This document shows positions 20,141-31,100 of a stretch of DNA of 64,000 nucleotides, piece by piece. Both the position numbers and the translations under genes were made by a program. This DNA is from Patescibacteria group bacterium (GTDB taxonomy: Bacteria > Patescibacteriota > Patescibacteriia > XYB2-FULL-38-15). Each line of letters opens with the position of its first letter. The stretch's first letter is position 1. Where the stretch lies: contig JBAZJZ010000002.1 in the NCBI GenBank assembly GCA_041650995.1, forward strand, positions 13,344 through 77,343, in the 5' to 3' direction. The notes under the pieces are model-generated. The model was not told the DNA's origin. It saw only the letters and a list, made by a program, of their open reading frames with translations, and ran no database searches.

Positions 20141-22405
20141 ATGAAAAAAATAATCAAAAGAAAAGGCGTCGTAATTTTAATCGCGGTTTTTGTTTTAACT
20201 AGCCTTTTTACCATATTTAATAATCAATCGGTCGCCAGCCAGCTTTCTTCAGTGAGCGATACGTTGAGCCGGTTAAAAATTAGCACAGCCGCGAATCATG
20301 ATATTAGATTCGCGACTCCGACCGGCGTTGACGCCCCAACAGACACAGTCACGATTACTTTTCCGGCAGGTTTTAATCTTGGGACGATTGCTTTCGGCGA
20401 CATGGATTTGAATGTTGACGCGGCTTGCGACGGTGTTTATGAAATTTCAAAAACTTTAGCGGCCGCTCCGGGGCTAAGTCCAATTTGGGGGGCAGTGGCT
20501 GCAGGCCAGATAGTTACTTTAACTGCGCCAACTGATGCCGCAGCTGGAGAAATTGTTGCTGCATCTTGCGTCCAAATTTTGATTGGTACAAACGCGACAG
20601 GAGGTGTTAGCCAAATTACAAATCCAGCGAGTATTGGAAGTCACGTAGTTCATATTGGCGGAACTTTTGGGGATTCAAGCAATATTGCCGTGGCCATTGT
20701 TACAAATGACCAGATCGGCATTGGCGCGAATGTTAACGCGCCGACCGGAGGAGGCGCGCCGGGTACTGGCGCTACGCCGCCGATTGTTTCAAATATTAGA
20801 GTTGTAAATATTTTACAAACTTCAGCCTCTGTTCTTTGGGATACTAACGAGCCCGCTACTTCAAGAGTGAATTATGGCTTGTCTGACAGTTATGGATCTA
20901 CGGAAACCGGCGATGGCGGCGGGTTGGTAACGAGCCATAGAGTTGATTTATCAGGATTAACCGCAGATTCAATTTATCATTTCCAAATAGTGACGGCCGA
21001 CGCGGAAGGCGCCACGACTACCACGGCCGATGACATTTTCCAAACTCTTTCAGGTTCAGACATAACTGCTCCCATAATTTCTGACATTCAAGTTATAAAT
21101 ATCACAGAGACTGGAGCGACTATAATTTGGACAACAGACGAACCGGCAAATTCAAAGGTAGAATATGGTTTAACCGACTCATATGAATTAGGCGAAGTAA
21201 GCTCCACCGATTTTGCTACTTCTCATAGTTTGGTTATTTCCGGGCTTTTAGGGAATACCACTTATCATTTTCGCGTGACTTCGGCCGATTCCTCCGGCAA
21301 CGCGGCGGTTTCCGGCGATGATACTTTTACGACTTTAGCCCCACCCGACTCGGATCCTCCCATTATTTCAAATATCAGAGTTATCAATATTACTGAAACG
21401 TCGGCAACTGTGACCTGGGAAACGAATGAACGGTCTACTTCTCGCGTGAGATATGGGCTAACCGGAGCGTATACCACGGGAAATATTTTTTCTGCCGATT
21501 TAGTAACAACACACAGCATCAATTTAATTTCTCTGACTCGCAGCACGCTTTATCATTTTGAAGTTTCTTCATCTGACGGGTCCGGAAACACGGCAACTTC
21601 GGGTGATCAGATTTTTACCACTTTGCCGGACGCCGTCCCTCCAGCTAATGTTACGGATTTCACGGCGGTCCCAACCGCGGATTTAACAATTCTTTTGAAC
21701 TGGGTTAATCCAACTGACCCAGACTTTGGCGGAGTTTTGATAAAACGAAGTTTTACAACTTATCCAACAAATCCGGCTGAGGGCGAAATAGTCTTTGATG
21801 GGGTGGCTACTTCATTTGAAGATACTGGTATTACTTCCGCAAATTATAATCAGCCAATTTATTATACAGCTTTTGCTTATGACGCGGCCGGAAATTTTGC
21901 TTCAGGAGCAATGGCAGAAGCAACAATTTCAGTTGAGATTACTTTGGACATTAAAGCTTGGCCGGAAAAAAGATGGCCGCGGAGCGGGAATTGGTCAACA
22001 ATAGGTTTGGTTGATTTAAGGGAACCAATAACCGGAACTATCGCAGATGAAGGATCGGTTACAACTTCTTCTCTTGGGCAGGGCGCGGTTCAGTTTACTT
22101 CAATTTCCGGCGGAAATTATGACATAGGTTTTAAAGGTCTATCTCATTTACGAAAAATTTTGCGCGACATACCGCTTTCTAACGGCGTAAATTCAGTGGA
22201 CTTTACCTTAGGAAATATTTTTTATCTTTTAGCCGGAGATGTTCATCGTTCATCTGATAATATGGTAAACGCCCTGGATATTTCCACCCTTTTAGGTGCG
22301 CTATCCACGGGAAACGAAGTTACTGATTTAAATCGTGATACTGGCGTCAACTCTTTGGACATTAATATTTTGTTGGCGAACCTGATGAGAGTAGGGGACA
22401 ATTAA
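20141..22405 (+). CDS. Cell-surface protein: family-B N-domain, 4x fibronectin-III-like repeats, C-terminal dockerin-like domain
   Basis: RBS aaggagg before ATG 20141; four repeats (PIVSNIRVVNI...YHFQIVTAD etc.); C-terminal DLNRDTGVNSLDINILLANL and DNMVNALDISTLLGAL dockerin-type repeat pair. Confidence 0.7.
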   Translation: MKKIIKRKGVVILIAVFVLTSLFTIFNNQSVASQLSSVSDTLSRLKISTAANHDIRFATPTGVDAPTDTVTITFPAGFNLGTIAFGDMDLNVDAACDGVYEISKTLAAAPGLSPIWGAVAAGQIVTLTAPTDAAAGEIVAASCVQILIGTNATGGVSQITNPASIGSHVVHIGGTFGDSSNIAVAIVTNDQIGIGANVNAPTGGGAPGTGATPPIVSNIRVVNILQTSASVLWDTNEPATSRVNYGLSDSYGSTETGDGGGLVTSHRVDLSGLTADSIYHFQIVTADAEGATTTTADDIFQTLSGSDITAPIISDIQVINITETGATIIWTTDEPANSKVEYGLTDSYELGEVSSTDFATSHSLVISGLLGNTTYHFRVTSADSSGNAAVSGDDTFTTLAPPDSDPPIISNIRVINITETSATVTWETNERSTSRVRYGLTGAYTTGNIFSADLVTTHSINLISLTRSTLYHFEVSSSDGSGNTATSGDQIFTTLPDAVPPANVTDFTAVPTADLTILLNWVNPTDPDFGGVLIKRSFTTYPTNPAEGEIVFDGVATSFEDTGITSANYNQPIYYTAFAYDAAGNFASGAMAEATISVEITLDIKAWPEKRWPRSGNWSTIGLVDLREPITGTIADEGSVTTSSLGQGAVQFTSISGGNYDIGFKGLSHLRKILRDIPLSNGVNSVDFTLGNIFYLLAGDVHRSSDNMVNALDISTLLGALSTGNEVTDLNRDTGVNSLDINILLANLMRVGDN

Positions 22406-22424
22406 TTAAGTATCTATATATTGT

Positions 22425-25052
22425 ATGAGGAGGATAATTTGTACAATCGCCGCAATCGGATTTAGTTTTCTTCTCGGCCATTTTGCGCTCGCCGCTCGTT
22501 TTGAATTGTCTCCGGCTTCCACGGGGTTTATTATTGGTTGTGATTCGGCGGTGAATATTGAAATAGATACCGCAGGAGAAACCTCTGACGCCGCTAATAT
22601 TTTAATTCGTTATAATCCCGCGCAAATTGAAATCCGCGACGCTAATCCATCAGCAAGCGGAATCCAAATAAGAAATGGCAACGCTTACGAAGCCTATGCT
22701 GATAATATTGTTTTGCCGGGGGAAGGGTTGATCCGCCTGACGGGATTTTCTTTTTTAGAACAACTCACGGGCAGAGCCACTTTTGGCACAATTATTTTTC
22801 GTCCGAGAGCAGGTGCGGTTGGCACTGCGTTGACCGTAGAATATGTTGCCGGCAGCACGATTGATAGTAACATTGCCGAATATTTGACAAGTGACGATCT
22901 TTTGACCGGCGTGACAAATGGTTCTTACACCTTTAGCGGCGGTTCTTGCGTGGCTGATGTTACGCCACCGAGCGTGTTAAACCCCGATCCAACGCCGGAC
23001 GAACGCGACGTACCCCTTGATACAAATGTTATTTTTGATATTCGTGACAGTCAGTCAGGAGTTGATTTGGATAGTTTAACGGTAAACGTGGATGGTATAA
23101 TTTACACGCGAGGAGGAATAAATAGATTTTCTTTTGTCGGGACTCCGGAGTCATACGCCGTGGCGATAAATCCGGACACAGATTTTACTCCGGGTGTGCC
23201 AGTACTTGTGGAAATAAACGCGGCAGATTTATCCGGAAATAGGATGACGCCTTATCGCTATATTTTTAATCAGCCAGCTGCCCCACCGCCCGAGCCGCCG
23301 TCTTGCGAAGCGCTTGGGTGTATTTCACCAGCCACTTGCACGGCCGAGCCTGTTTTGCCAGAAGAAATTACTGAAGAGCCGACCGTTCCGGAGTCACAGA
23401 GGTTAAATCTTGGAGATTTTTCATTTTATATTGCCGACGGAACCCTTCAAATTTATCCAAATAGAAATGATGAGCTTACGACTTTACAAAATTCACCACT
23501 TATAATTTCTATTTCAGAAAATAAATTTCCTCGAGAGGTGGAAAGAATAGTTTTAACCTTAAATAGTTTTTCTTACCTTTTGGGTTATAATGAAATTTCC
23601 GACGCACGGCAAACGACAATCCAAACGCCCTCTACTGCGGGAAAATTATCAAGCGTGATTTTAGTTGATTATAAAGATGGCTCTCATGACAGAATTCTTG
23701 GAACGCTTTCGCTTTTGTCGCGCGGTTTTATTTGGCAGGGAACAGCAGCAAATAAATTGTCCGGCGCCAAGGTGACGCTTTATGAGAGCACGGCGGGTTC
23801 CAGAGTTTGGGATGCCACTCCTTATCATCAAATCAATCCACAAATAACGGACGCTTCTGGTCAGTTCGCTTTCCTGGTTCCGCCGGGGCGATATTATTTA
23901 CTTGTCCAAAAGGACGACTACCGTGATCAAACCACATCGGTTTTTGAAATAGCAAACAACGTTGTTAATCAAAGTGTAGAAATTCTTATAAAACCGCCGT
24001 CGCTTTCCGAAGTTTGGAACCCCGAAGGGCCGATTACTGAAAATATCCAGAATGTTGCGAAAAATTTAGGAGAAAAAACAATTTACGCCTCTGAGATTGT
24101 CCGCAAAGATGTTTTGGACAATCCTGAAGTAGAAAAAAATAATGAAAGTATTGCCGTGCCGACCGTAGCCGCGGTCGCGATCGTAAGTTATGGAACAGCA
24201 ATTTCTCTTGGCTCGCTTTTACCATTTTTACAATTGATTTTTACCCAGCCGCTTCTCCTTCTTTTCCCAAAACGAAGAAAAGGTTGGGGCATTGTTTATC
24301 ATTCTTTATCAAAAATGCCGGTTGATCTGGCAATAGTTCGTTTGTATGAAAAAGTGACAAACCGCCTGGTCCAAACTCGCGTCACGGATAAGGAAGGCCG
24401 TTTTGCTTTCTTTGTCCAGCCGGGTCAATATTTTATCAAGGTTGTTAAACCAAATTTTGCTTTCCCGTCCAATTTTGTAAAAGATATAAAAGAAGATGTT
24501 AAATATTTAGATATTTATCACGGCGAAGAAATTACGGTGACGGAAAAAAATACGCTCGTGACGCCGAACATTCCGATTGATCCGGTAGAGGGCACAGCTA
24601 AACCTGATAAAAAAATTGTTCTCGCGCATTTTGGAAGAAAGGCACAAAACATCATCGCGCCGCTCGGCATTCTTGCTGCTGCTATTTCGGTTTTAATTTC
24701 GCCGCAACTTTGGATGGTCGCGGTTCTGGCTGGCCACTGCCTTCTGTACGCACTTTTTAGACGTTTGGCCAGAAGCAAAAAACCAAAGAGCTGGGGCATT
24801 GTTTACGAAAATCAAACAAAGGCGCCGGTGGGGCTCACAGTGGCAAGAATTTTTGAAACGGAATACAATAAGCTTTTGGAAACTCAAGTTACGGACGGTC
24901 GCGGGCGATATTCGTTCTTGGTTGGCAATAATGCTTATTATGTGACATTCAGCAAGCCTGGCTTTGCGCCGAAACGGACTGAGACGATTGATCTTCGCGG
25001 GAGAAAAGAAGGCGCGGCCGTAGGGTTGGATGTGGGGTTGGATAAAGTATAG
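22425..25052 (+). CDS. Large surface protein: N-terminal cohesin-like beta-sandwich, three carboxypeptidase-regulatory-like (CarboxypepD_reg) domains, two internal TM segments
   Basis: Signal peptide; repeated WGIVY...VTD(K/G)(E/R)GR(F/Y)(A/S)F...PG.Y modules at about 23760, 24290, 24790. Confidence 0.55.
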   Translation: MRRIICTIAAIGFSFLLGHFALAARFELSPASTGFIIGCDSAVNIEIDTAGETSDAANILIRYNPAQIEIRDANPSASGIQIRNGNAYEAYADNIVLPGEGLIRLTGFSFLEQLTGRATFGTIIFRPRAGAVGTALTVEYVAGSTIDSNIAEYLTSDDLLTGVTNGSYTFSGGSCVADVTPPSVLNPDPTPDERDVPLDTNVIFDIRDSQSGVDLDSLTVNVDGIIYTRGGINRFSFVGTPESYAVAINPDTDFTPGVPVLVEINAADLSGNRMTPYRYIFNQPAAPPPEPPSCEALGCISPATCTAEPVLPEEITEEPTVPESQRLNLGDFSFYIADGTLQIYPNRNDELTTLQNSPLIISISENKFPREVERIVLTLNSFSYLLGYNEISDARQTTIQTPSTAGKLSSVILVDYKDGSHDRILGTLSLLSRGFIWQGTAANKLSGAKVTLYESTAGSRVWDATPYHQINPQITDASGQFAFLVPPGRYYLLVQKDDYRDQTTSVFEIANNVVNQSVEILIKPPSLSEVWNPEGPITENIQNVAKNLGEKTIYASEIVRKDVLDNPEVEKNNESIAVPTVAAVAIVSYGTAISLGSLLPFLQLIFTQPLLLLFPKRRKGWGIVYHSLSKMPVDLAIVRLYEKVTNRLVQTRVTDKEGRFAFFVQPGQYFIKVVKPNFAFPSNFVKDIKEDVKYLDIYHGEEITVTEKNTLVTPNIPIDPVEGTAKPDKKIVLAHFGRKAQNIIAPLGILAAAISVLISPQLWMVAVLAGHCLLYALFRRLARSKKPKSWGIVYENQTKAPVGLTVARIFETEYNKLLETQVTDGRGRYSFLVGNNAYYVTFSKPGFAPKRTETIDLRGRKEGAAVGLDVGLDKV

Positions 25053-25114
25053 GAAATAGGAAAAACAAAAAACAAAAAAGTTAAAACAGAAAGCAAAAAC
25101 AAAAAGTACCCAAT

Positions 25115-28100
25115 ATGTTTAGTTCAGGAGAAGAAAAACCGAATATTAGAATACCATCCCAAGGCGGAACCAACTTGACTCTGTTGGTGTTTGTCTTGGG
25201 TATTTTGTCATTAACAAGTATTGGGATAATGACGCTTTCTGTTGTGAAACAACTCCGGCCAACAGCTTTTACGGCGATTAATAAGCAATTAAACTATCAA
25301 GGTAAATTACAAAATAGCGGAGGGATTACGGTGGCGGATGGTAATTACTTAATGAAGTTTTCTATTTATGATGCGGCTTCCGGTGGGTCGCGGCTTTGGA
25401 CAGAATGTGGGACGACCGGTACGCCGACTGCCCGTACAGTCGCGGTCGCGAACGGGGTTTTTTCCGTAATGCTTGGCGATACAAATTCCGATTCTTGTCC
25501 GGGTGGAACCGATTCAAACGCCATCAATTTAGATTTTAATAGTGATAGTTATTATCTTGGTCTAACCGTGGAATCGGATGCGGAAATGGAACCAAGAAAA
25601 AGAGTTGGCGCTTCGGGCTACGCTTTCAACGCCGATTTATTGGATGGACTTAACACTTCCGCCGCCGGCGGTTCGTTCGCTTTTGTGCCGGTGACAGACG
25701 GAAGCGGACATTTAACTTTGACGCAAAATTTAACTTTGGGTGGAGTGATGAAGGCGAGTGACGGCGCTGTCGGCGCTCCGAGCTATACATTTACAAGCGA
25801 CCTTGATACGGGGCTTTACTATTCAGCAACACAAATAAATGTTGGTGTTGGCGGAGCAGCGGTGGCAAACGTAAGTGCTTCAGGATTAGCCGTAGACACG
25901 GTCAAAACTTTAACCGCAACAACATTAACTTTAAAAGGTACTGTTGCCGACGGTGGAACTGCGGTTGGTGCAACAATTGGTTCCAACAATACTCTTTCCA
26001 CTGCCGGGGCGAAACTTGTTAGTTTTGTAAATAACACTACCGAAAAAGCATATATTGATAAAGACGGCGTGGGGTATTTTTCTGGTGGAAATTTTTCCGG
26101 CCTCTCTGCTTCATCCGCGGTCTATACTGACGCTTCAAAAAATTTAACTTCAACTGCTCCGACTTCCGGCTCAATCGGATACTGGTCTCGCACGAGCACA
26201 ACTTTGTCTCCGGCGACGGCGAATGATGTTGTCGCAGTTACTGGTAATTCCGGAGATCTCTTAACTTTAACTTCAACTGCCACGGGTGCGGACAACAAGG
26301 CTTTAAACATTGCCGCCTCTGGCGCGACAACTGGCACAGACTACGGCGCATACATTTCAAACACCGGCGCGGGGACAACAAATGTGGGCCTCTATGTCAC
26401 GGCCTCTGGTGCGGTGACAAATAATTACGCCGCGATTTTCGCCGCAGGAAATGTTGGTGTTGGTATAACTTCGCCGGCTTACACTCTTGATGTTTCCTCA
26501 TCGGGTACGAGAGCAGTTAATGCTATCACATCAAACAATAGCGGTTATGCAATTTACGGAACAGCTTCCGCCACCGGCGCAGTCACAAACTATGGTGTTT
26601 ACGGCGCGACGGCTGGTGATAGTGGCCGCGGCGTTTATGGTACTGCTTCAGCCACTGGCGCAGTCACAAACTACGGCGGATATTTTTCTTCCGCGGGAAA
26701 TAGTGGCCGCGGCGTTTATGGTACTGCTTCTGCTACCGGCGCAGTCACAAACTACGGCGGTCTTTTTTACGCAGCAGGAAATACCGGGTATGGTGTTTAT
26801 GGTCACGCTACGGCTACCGGCGCAGTAGGTAATACAGGAGGTTATTTTAGGGCTGACGGAGGTAGTGGCGTTGGCGTAACAGGCACAGCCCCAACCACCG
26901 GCGCAGTCACAAACTACGGCGGATATTTTTCTTCCGCGGGAAATAGCGGTCGAGGTATTTCAGCAGTCGCCACGGCCACTGGCGCGGTTACAAACATAGG
27001 CGGTGCTTTTTCCTCTGCTGGCGACACAGGCATTGGCGTGCAGGGCTCGGCAACGGGTAGTGGAGGTGTAAATTACGGTGTGTATGGTACCACATCTTCC
27101 GCTACCGGCTGGGGTGGTTATTTTTCCGGCGGGCTTGGTTTGTATGCCTCTGCAGCTCGCATCAATTCTCTTACCGCCTCCTCTGCAGTTTACACTGATG
27201 CCTCAAAAAATTTAACTTCAACAGCTCCGACTTCCGGCGCGCTTGGATATTGGTCTCGCACAGGCACGGTTTTAAGCCCAACAACTTCTGGCGATACTGC
27301 TACAGTGGCGGGGTTGAACGTTAATTTTGGTCCAATCACCAATGCTTACGTCGCCATTAACCCCTGGTATCAAAATTCTATTGGTTCCGCAAATGGCATA
27401 GGTCTTCCAATGAATCGTTTGCTTGGTTCCAATACCGGCCGCCACACAGTCACAACTACTGGTTTTTCCGGCGGAACTAGTGTTTTATACGACAGTTTTT
27501 ATGATTCCGCGGCAATAATTCCTTATGGGGGAACCGGTACGGTGGAAGTTGACTTTAATCCCCAAATGGGATGGACAGATAATACGGCAAGTCCGAGTTT
27601 TACCTACGAGAATGGTATGCTCGTGATGAGTTTTTATTACACTTATTTTCCGACTAATATTACGGTGGAAATGTATCATTATAATTCCGTCTCGCTCGTG
27701 GATGAGTGGACTACAATTTATACCACGGCAAGCAATAATAAAAATCCGTTAATTGTTAATACATCACCGACAATTACTTATATTAAAAAGATCAAATTTA
27801 CTTTTTCCGGTGGTGGTGACCCGGGTTTGGGCATAAGAATTGCTGAGCTAGAATGGTTCCCAACTCGTGAAAGTTCGGCGAATCAGTTGGCCGTTATCCC
27901 AAAATATTATAATCAGAACATGGATGTTTCTTGGACGAATTTGAATATGAAAAAGACGACTGATTGGAGCACGACCGCGACAATTTCAAATGCCGGGGCC
28001 GCGTACTTTGTCGGACCAGTCGGCATTAATGATACTTCCGCGGACGCATCTTTAGAGGTTGTCAATGACGGTTCGGGAGATTCGTTCTTGGTCGCCGACA

Positions 28101-31100
28101 CAAACGACGGCGACACTACGCCATTTGTTATTCAGGCGGACGGAGATGTTGGCATTGGTACGGCGGCTCCGGTTAGTTTGTTACATTTAGTAAAAGATTC
28201 AACTTATAACAGTGAAAATACGGGAGCTATTAAAATAACAGACTCAACTTTGACTGACACAGGTCTTATTATAGGAACGGATGCGACTAATGATATTGGT
28301 TACATTCAATCCCTAGACCCCGGAACGAGTTATACAACTCGGCCATTGATATTAAATCCAAACGGGGGTTATGTCGGCATCAGTGATATTTCTCCCGCTG
28401 CGCTTTTTACTGTTGGTAGTGGCGACCTTTTTCAGGTTAATTCTTCCGGCGCTATCGCCGCGGCAACGGGCATTATTTCCAGCGGCACAATTCAGTTTAC
28501 TGGCCTCACGGCTTCTTCCGCCGTCTACACTGACGCTTCAAAAAATTTAACTTCCACCGCTCCGACTTCCGGCGCGATCGGATATTGGTCTCGGAGCGGA
28601 ACAACTTTATCTCCGGCAACGGCCAACGATGTTGTTTCAGTTTCGGGTACCGGCGCGATCGCGATTACCGGGACAAGTTCGGCAGCTGGTGGATATGGTA
28701 TTTACGGCACTGCCACAGACGCAACAGCAGTAGCAAATTACGGCGGATATTTTATAGCCGCAGGAACGGGGAGCGGCACAGCAGGTGTTTACGGCGAATC
28801 TACAGCGACAGGCGGTTTTAGTCCATTTTATGGTGGTTATTTTACCGCGGCTGGTAATCTTGGAGTCGGTGTCCAGGGCGTGGCTACGGCCACAGCCTTT
28901 GCTACAAATTATGGCGTTTACGGTCAGGCTGATGGAGATACGGGCGTTGGTGTTAGGGGTTTAGCCAGCGGGACTGAGGGGATAAATTACGGCGGTTATT
29001 TTTGGTCAAATGGTCCGGGCGGCTATGGAGTTTATGGCCGGGCTAACTCTGGTACGGGTACAACTTATGGTGTTTATGGCGAAGTCATTTCTTCAAGCGG
29101 TTGGGCGGGATATTTTGACGGCGGGCTTGGTTTGTACGCTTCCGCGGCGAGAATAGATTCTCTCTCTGCCTCCTCCGCCGTCTACACTGACGCTTCAAAA
29201 AATTTAACTTCCACCGCTCCGACTTCCGGCGCGATCGGATATTGGTCTCGGAGCGGAACAACTTTATCTCCGGCAACGGCCAACGATGTTGTTTCAGTTT
29301 CGGGTACCGGCGCGATCGCGATTACCGGGACAAGTTCGGCAGCTGGTGGATATGGTATTTACGGCACTGCCACAGACGCAACAGCAGTAGCAAATTACGG
29401 CGGATATTTTACCGCGGCTGGGACAGGCACTTTGACTGCCGGAGTGTATGGTGAAGTTACTGCCACAGCGGACAATATTGCCGGAGTTTACGGGAAAGCC
29501 ACCAACACTGGCGCTTACATAAATTACGGCGGCGCGTTTTTTGCCAATGGTGAAAATGGTCGTGGTGTTTATGGCGAGGCGGTTTCCAATGCCGCAGCTA
29601 CAAATTATGGAGGGTACTTTGTCGGCGGCGGCACAGCTGCCAACACAGCTGGCGTTTACGGACAGGCGACAAATACTGGCGCGGTAGCGAACTACGGTGG
29701 GTATTTTTTGGCGGAAGGTACGGGTTCTGCCGCGGCTGGCATCTATGGCGAAGCTTCTGGCGCCGGCTCGGTTTATGGTGTTCAAGGAGCTGCAACTGAT
29801 ACTGGTGCAGTAGCAAACTATGGCGGATATTTTACCGCAGCAGGAACAGTAACTGGAGCAACCGGGGTTTATGGCGAAGCAAGTGGCGCAACAAATTTAG
29901 CATTGGGTGTTCATGGAGTTGCTTCAGCCACTGGCGCAGTCACAAACTACGGCGGTGTGTTTACCGGTGCCGGCAATACGGGACGCGGCGTTTATGGCGA
30001 AGCCACGGCCACCGGCGCTTACACAAACTACGGCGTTTATGGCATGGCTGTTGGCGATACTGGCAGGGCTGTTTATGGAACGGCCCAGGCCACTACTAGC
30101 GCAGTGAATTATGGAGGTTATTTTGTGACGCACGGAGATGGCACTTTTGCAGCTGGTGCTTATGGCGAAGCTTCTGGCGCCGGCTCGGTTTTCGGCGTTA
30201 TTGGTTATGCTTCAAACAGCGGCGCGGTCACAAATACTGGCGGAGCATTTACGGCCAACGGTGAAACTGGCCGGGGCGTTTATGGCCAGGCTTCAAATTC
30301 TGCTGCCACTGTAAACTATGGTGGTTATTTTATAGCAGATGGTGCAGGCGCAGGAACAGCTGGTGTTCGTGGCATTGCAAACGGAGGGGCCGCAGTGTAT
30401 GGCGTCTATGGTTCTACTATAAGTGCGAATACTGGTGCAAGCGGTGTCTATGGCGAGGCTTCTGGCGCGGCCAGCGAGGTTATTGGCGTTCAGGGCGCAG
30501 CATCCAGTTCTGGCGCAGTAGCAAATTACGGCGGATATTTTGCTGCATTTGGGTCGGGTACTGGTGCAAGTGGTGTTTATGGCTTAGCCACGGCTGTTGG
30601 TATAGTCTATGGCGTTCAGGGGCGAGCGTCGGCTGTTGATAATGCTACAAGTTATGGTGGATATTTTACAACAGAAGGATATACCGGTCGCGGTGTTTAC
30701 GGTTACGCTGAGTACATCGGCGCCACAGTAAACTACGGCGGTTATTTTGAAGCAAATGGTGCAGGCGCGGGCACAGCCGGCGTGCGCGGTATTGCAAATG
30801 CTAATGCCGCTGTTTACGGCGTCTATGGTTCAACCTCTGGCCAAGCTTCTGGCGCAGTTGGTGTCTATGGCTTGGCTTCTGCTGCAGCAGATGTTATTGG
30901 CGTCCAAGGCGCAGCAACAAGTGCCGGCGCTTATGAAAACTACGGCGGATATTTTTATGCTGCGGGTAATTCGGGTAGGGGTGTTTATGGAACGGCAGTA
31001 GCCTCAGGCGCGGTTACAAACTACGGTGGATATTTTCAGGCAAGTGGTAATTCCGGCAGCGCTGTCTATGGATTAGCATCTGCCACTGGCGCAGTCACAA

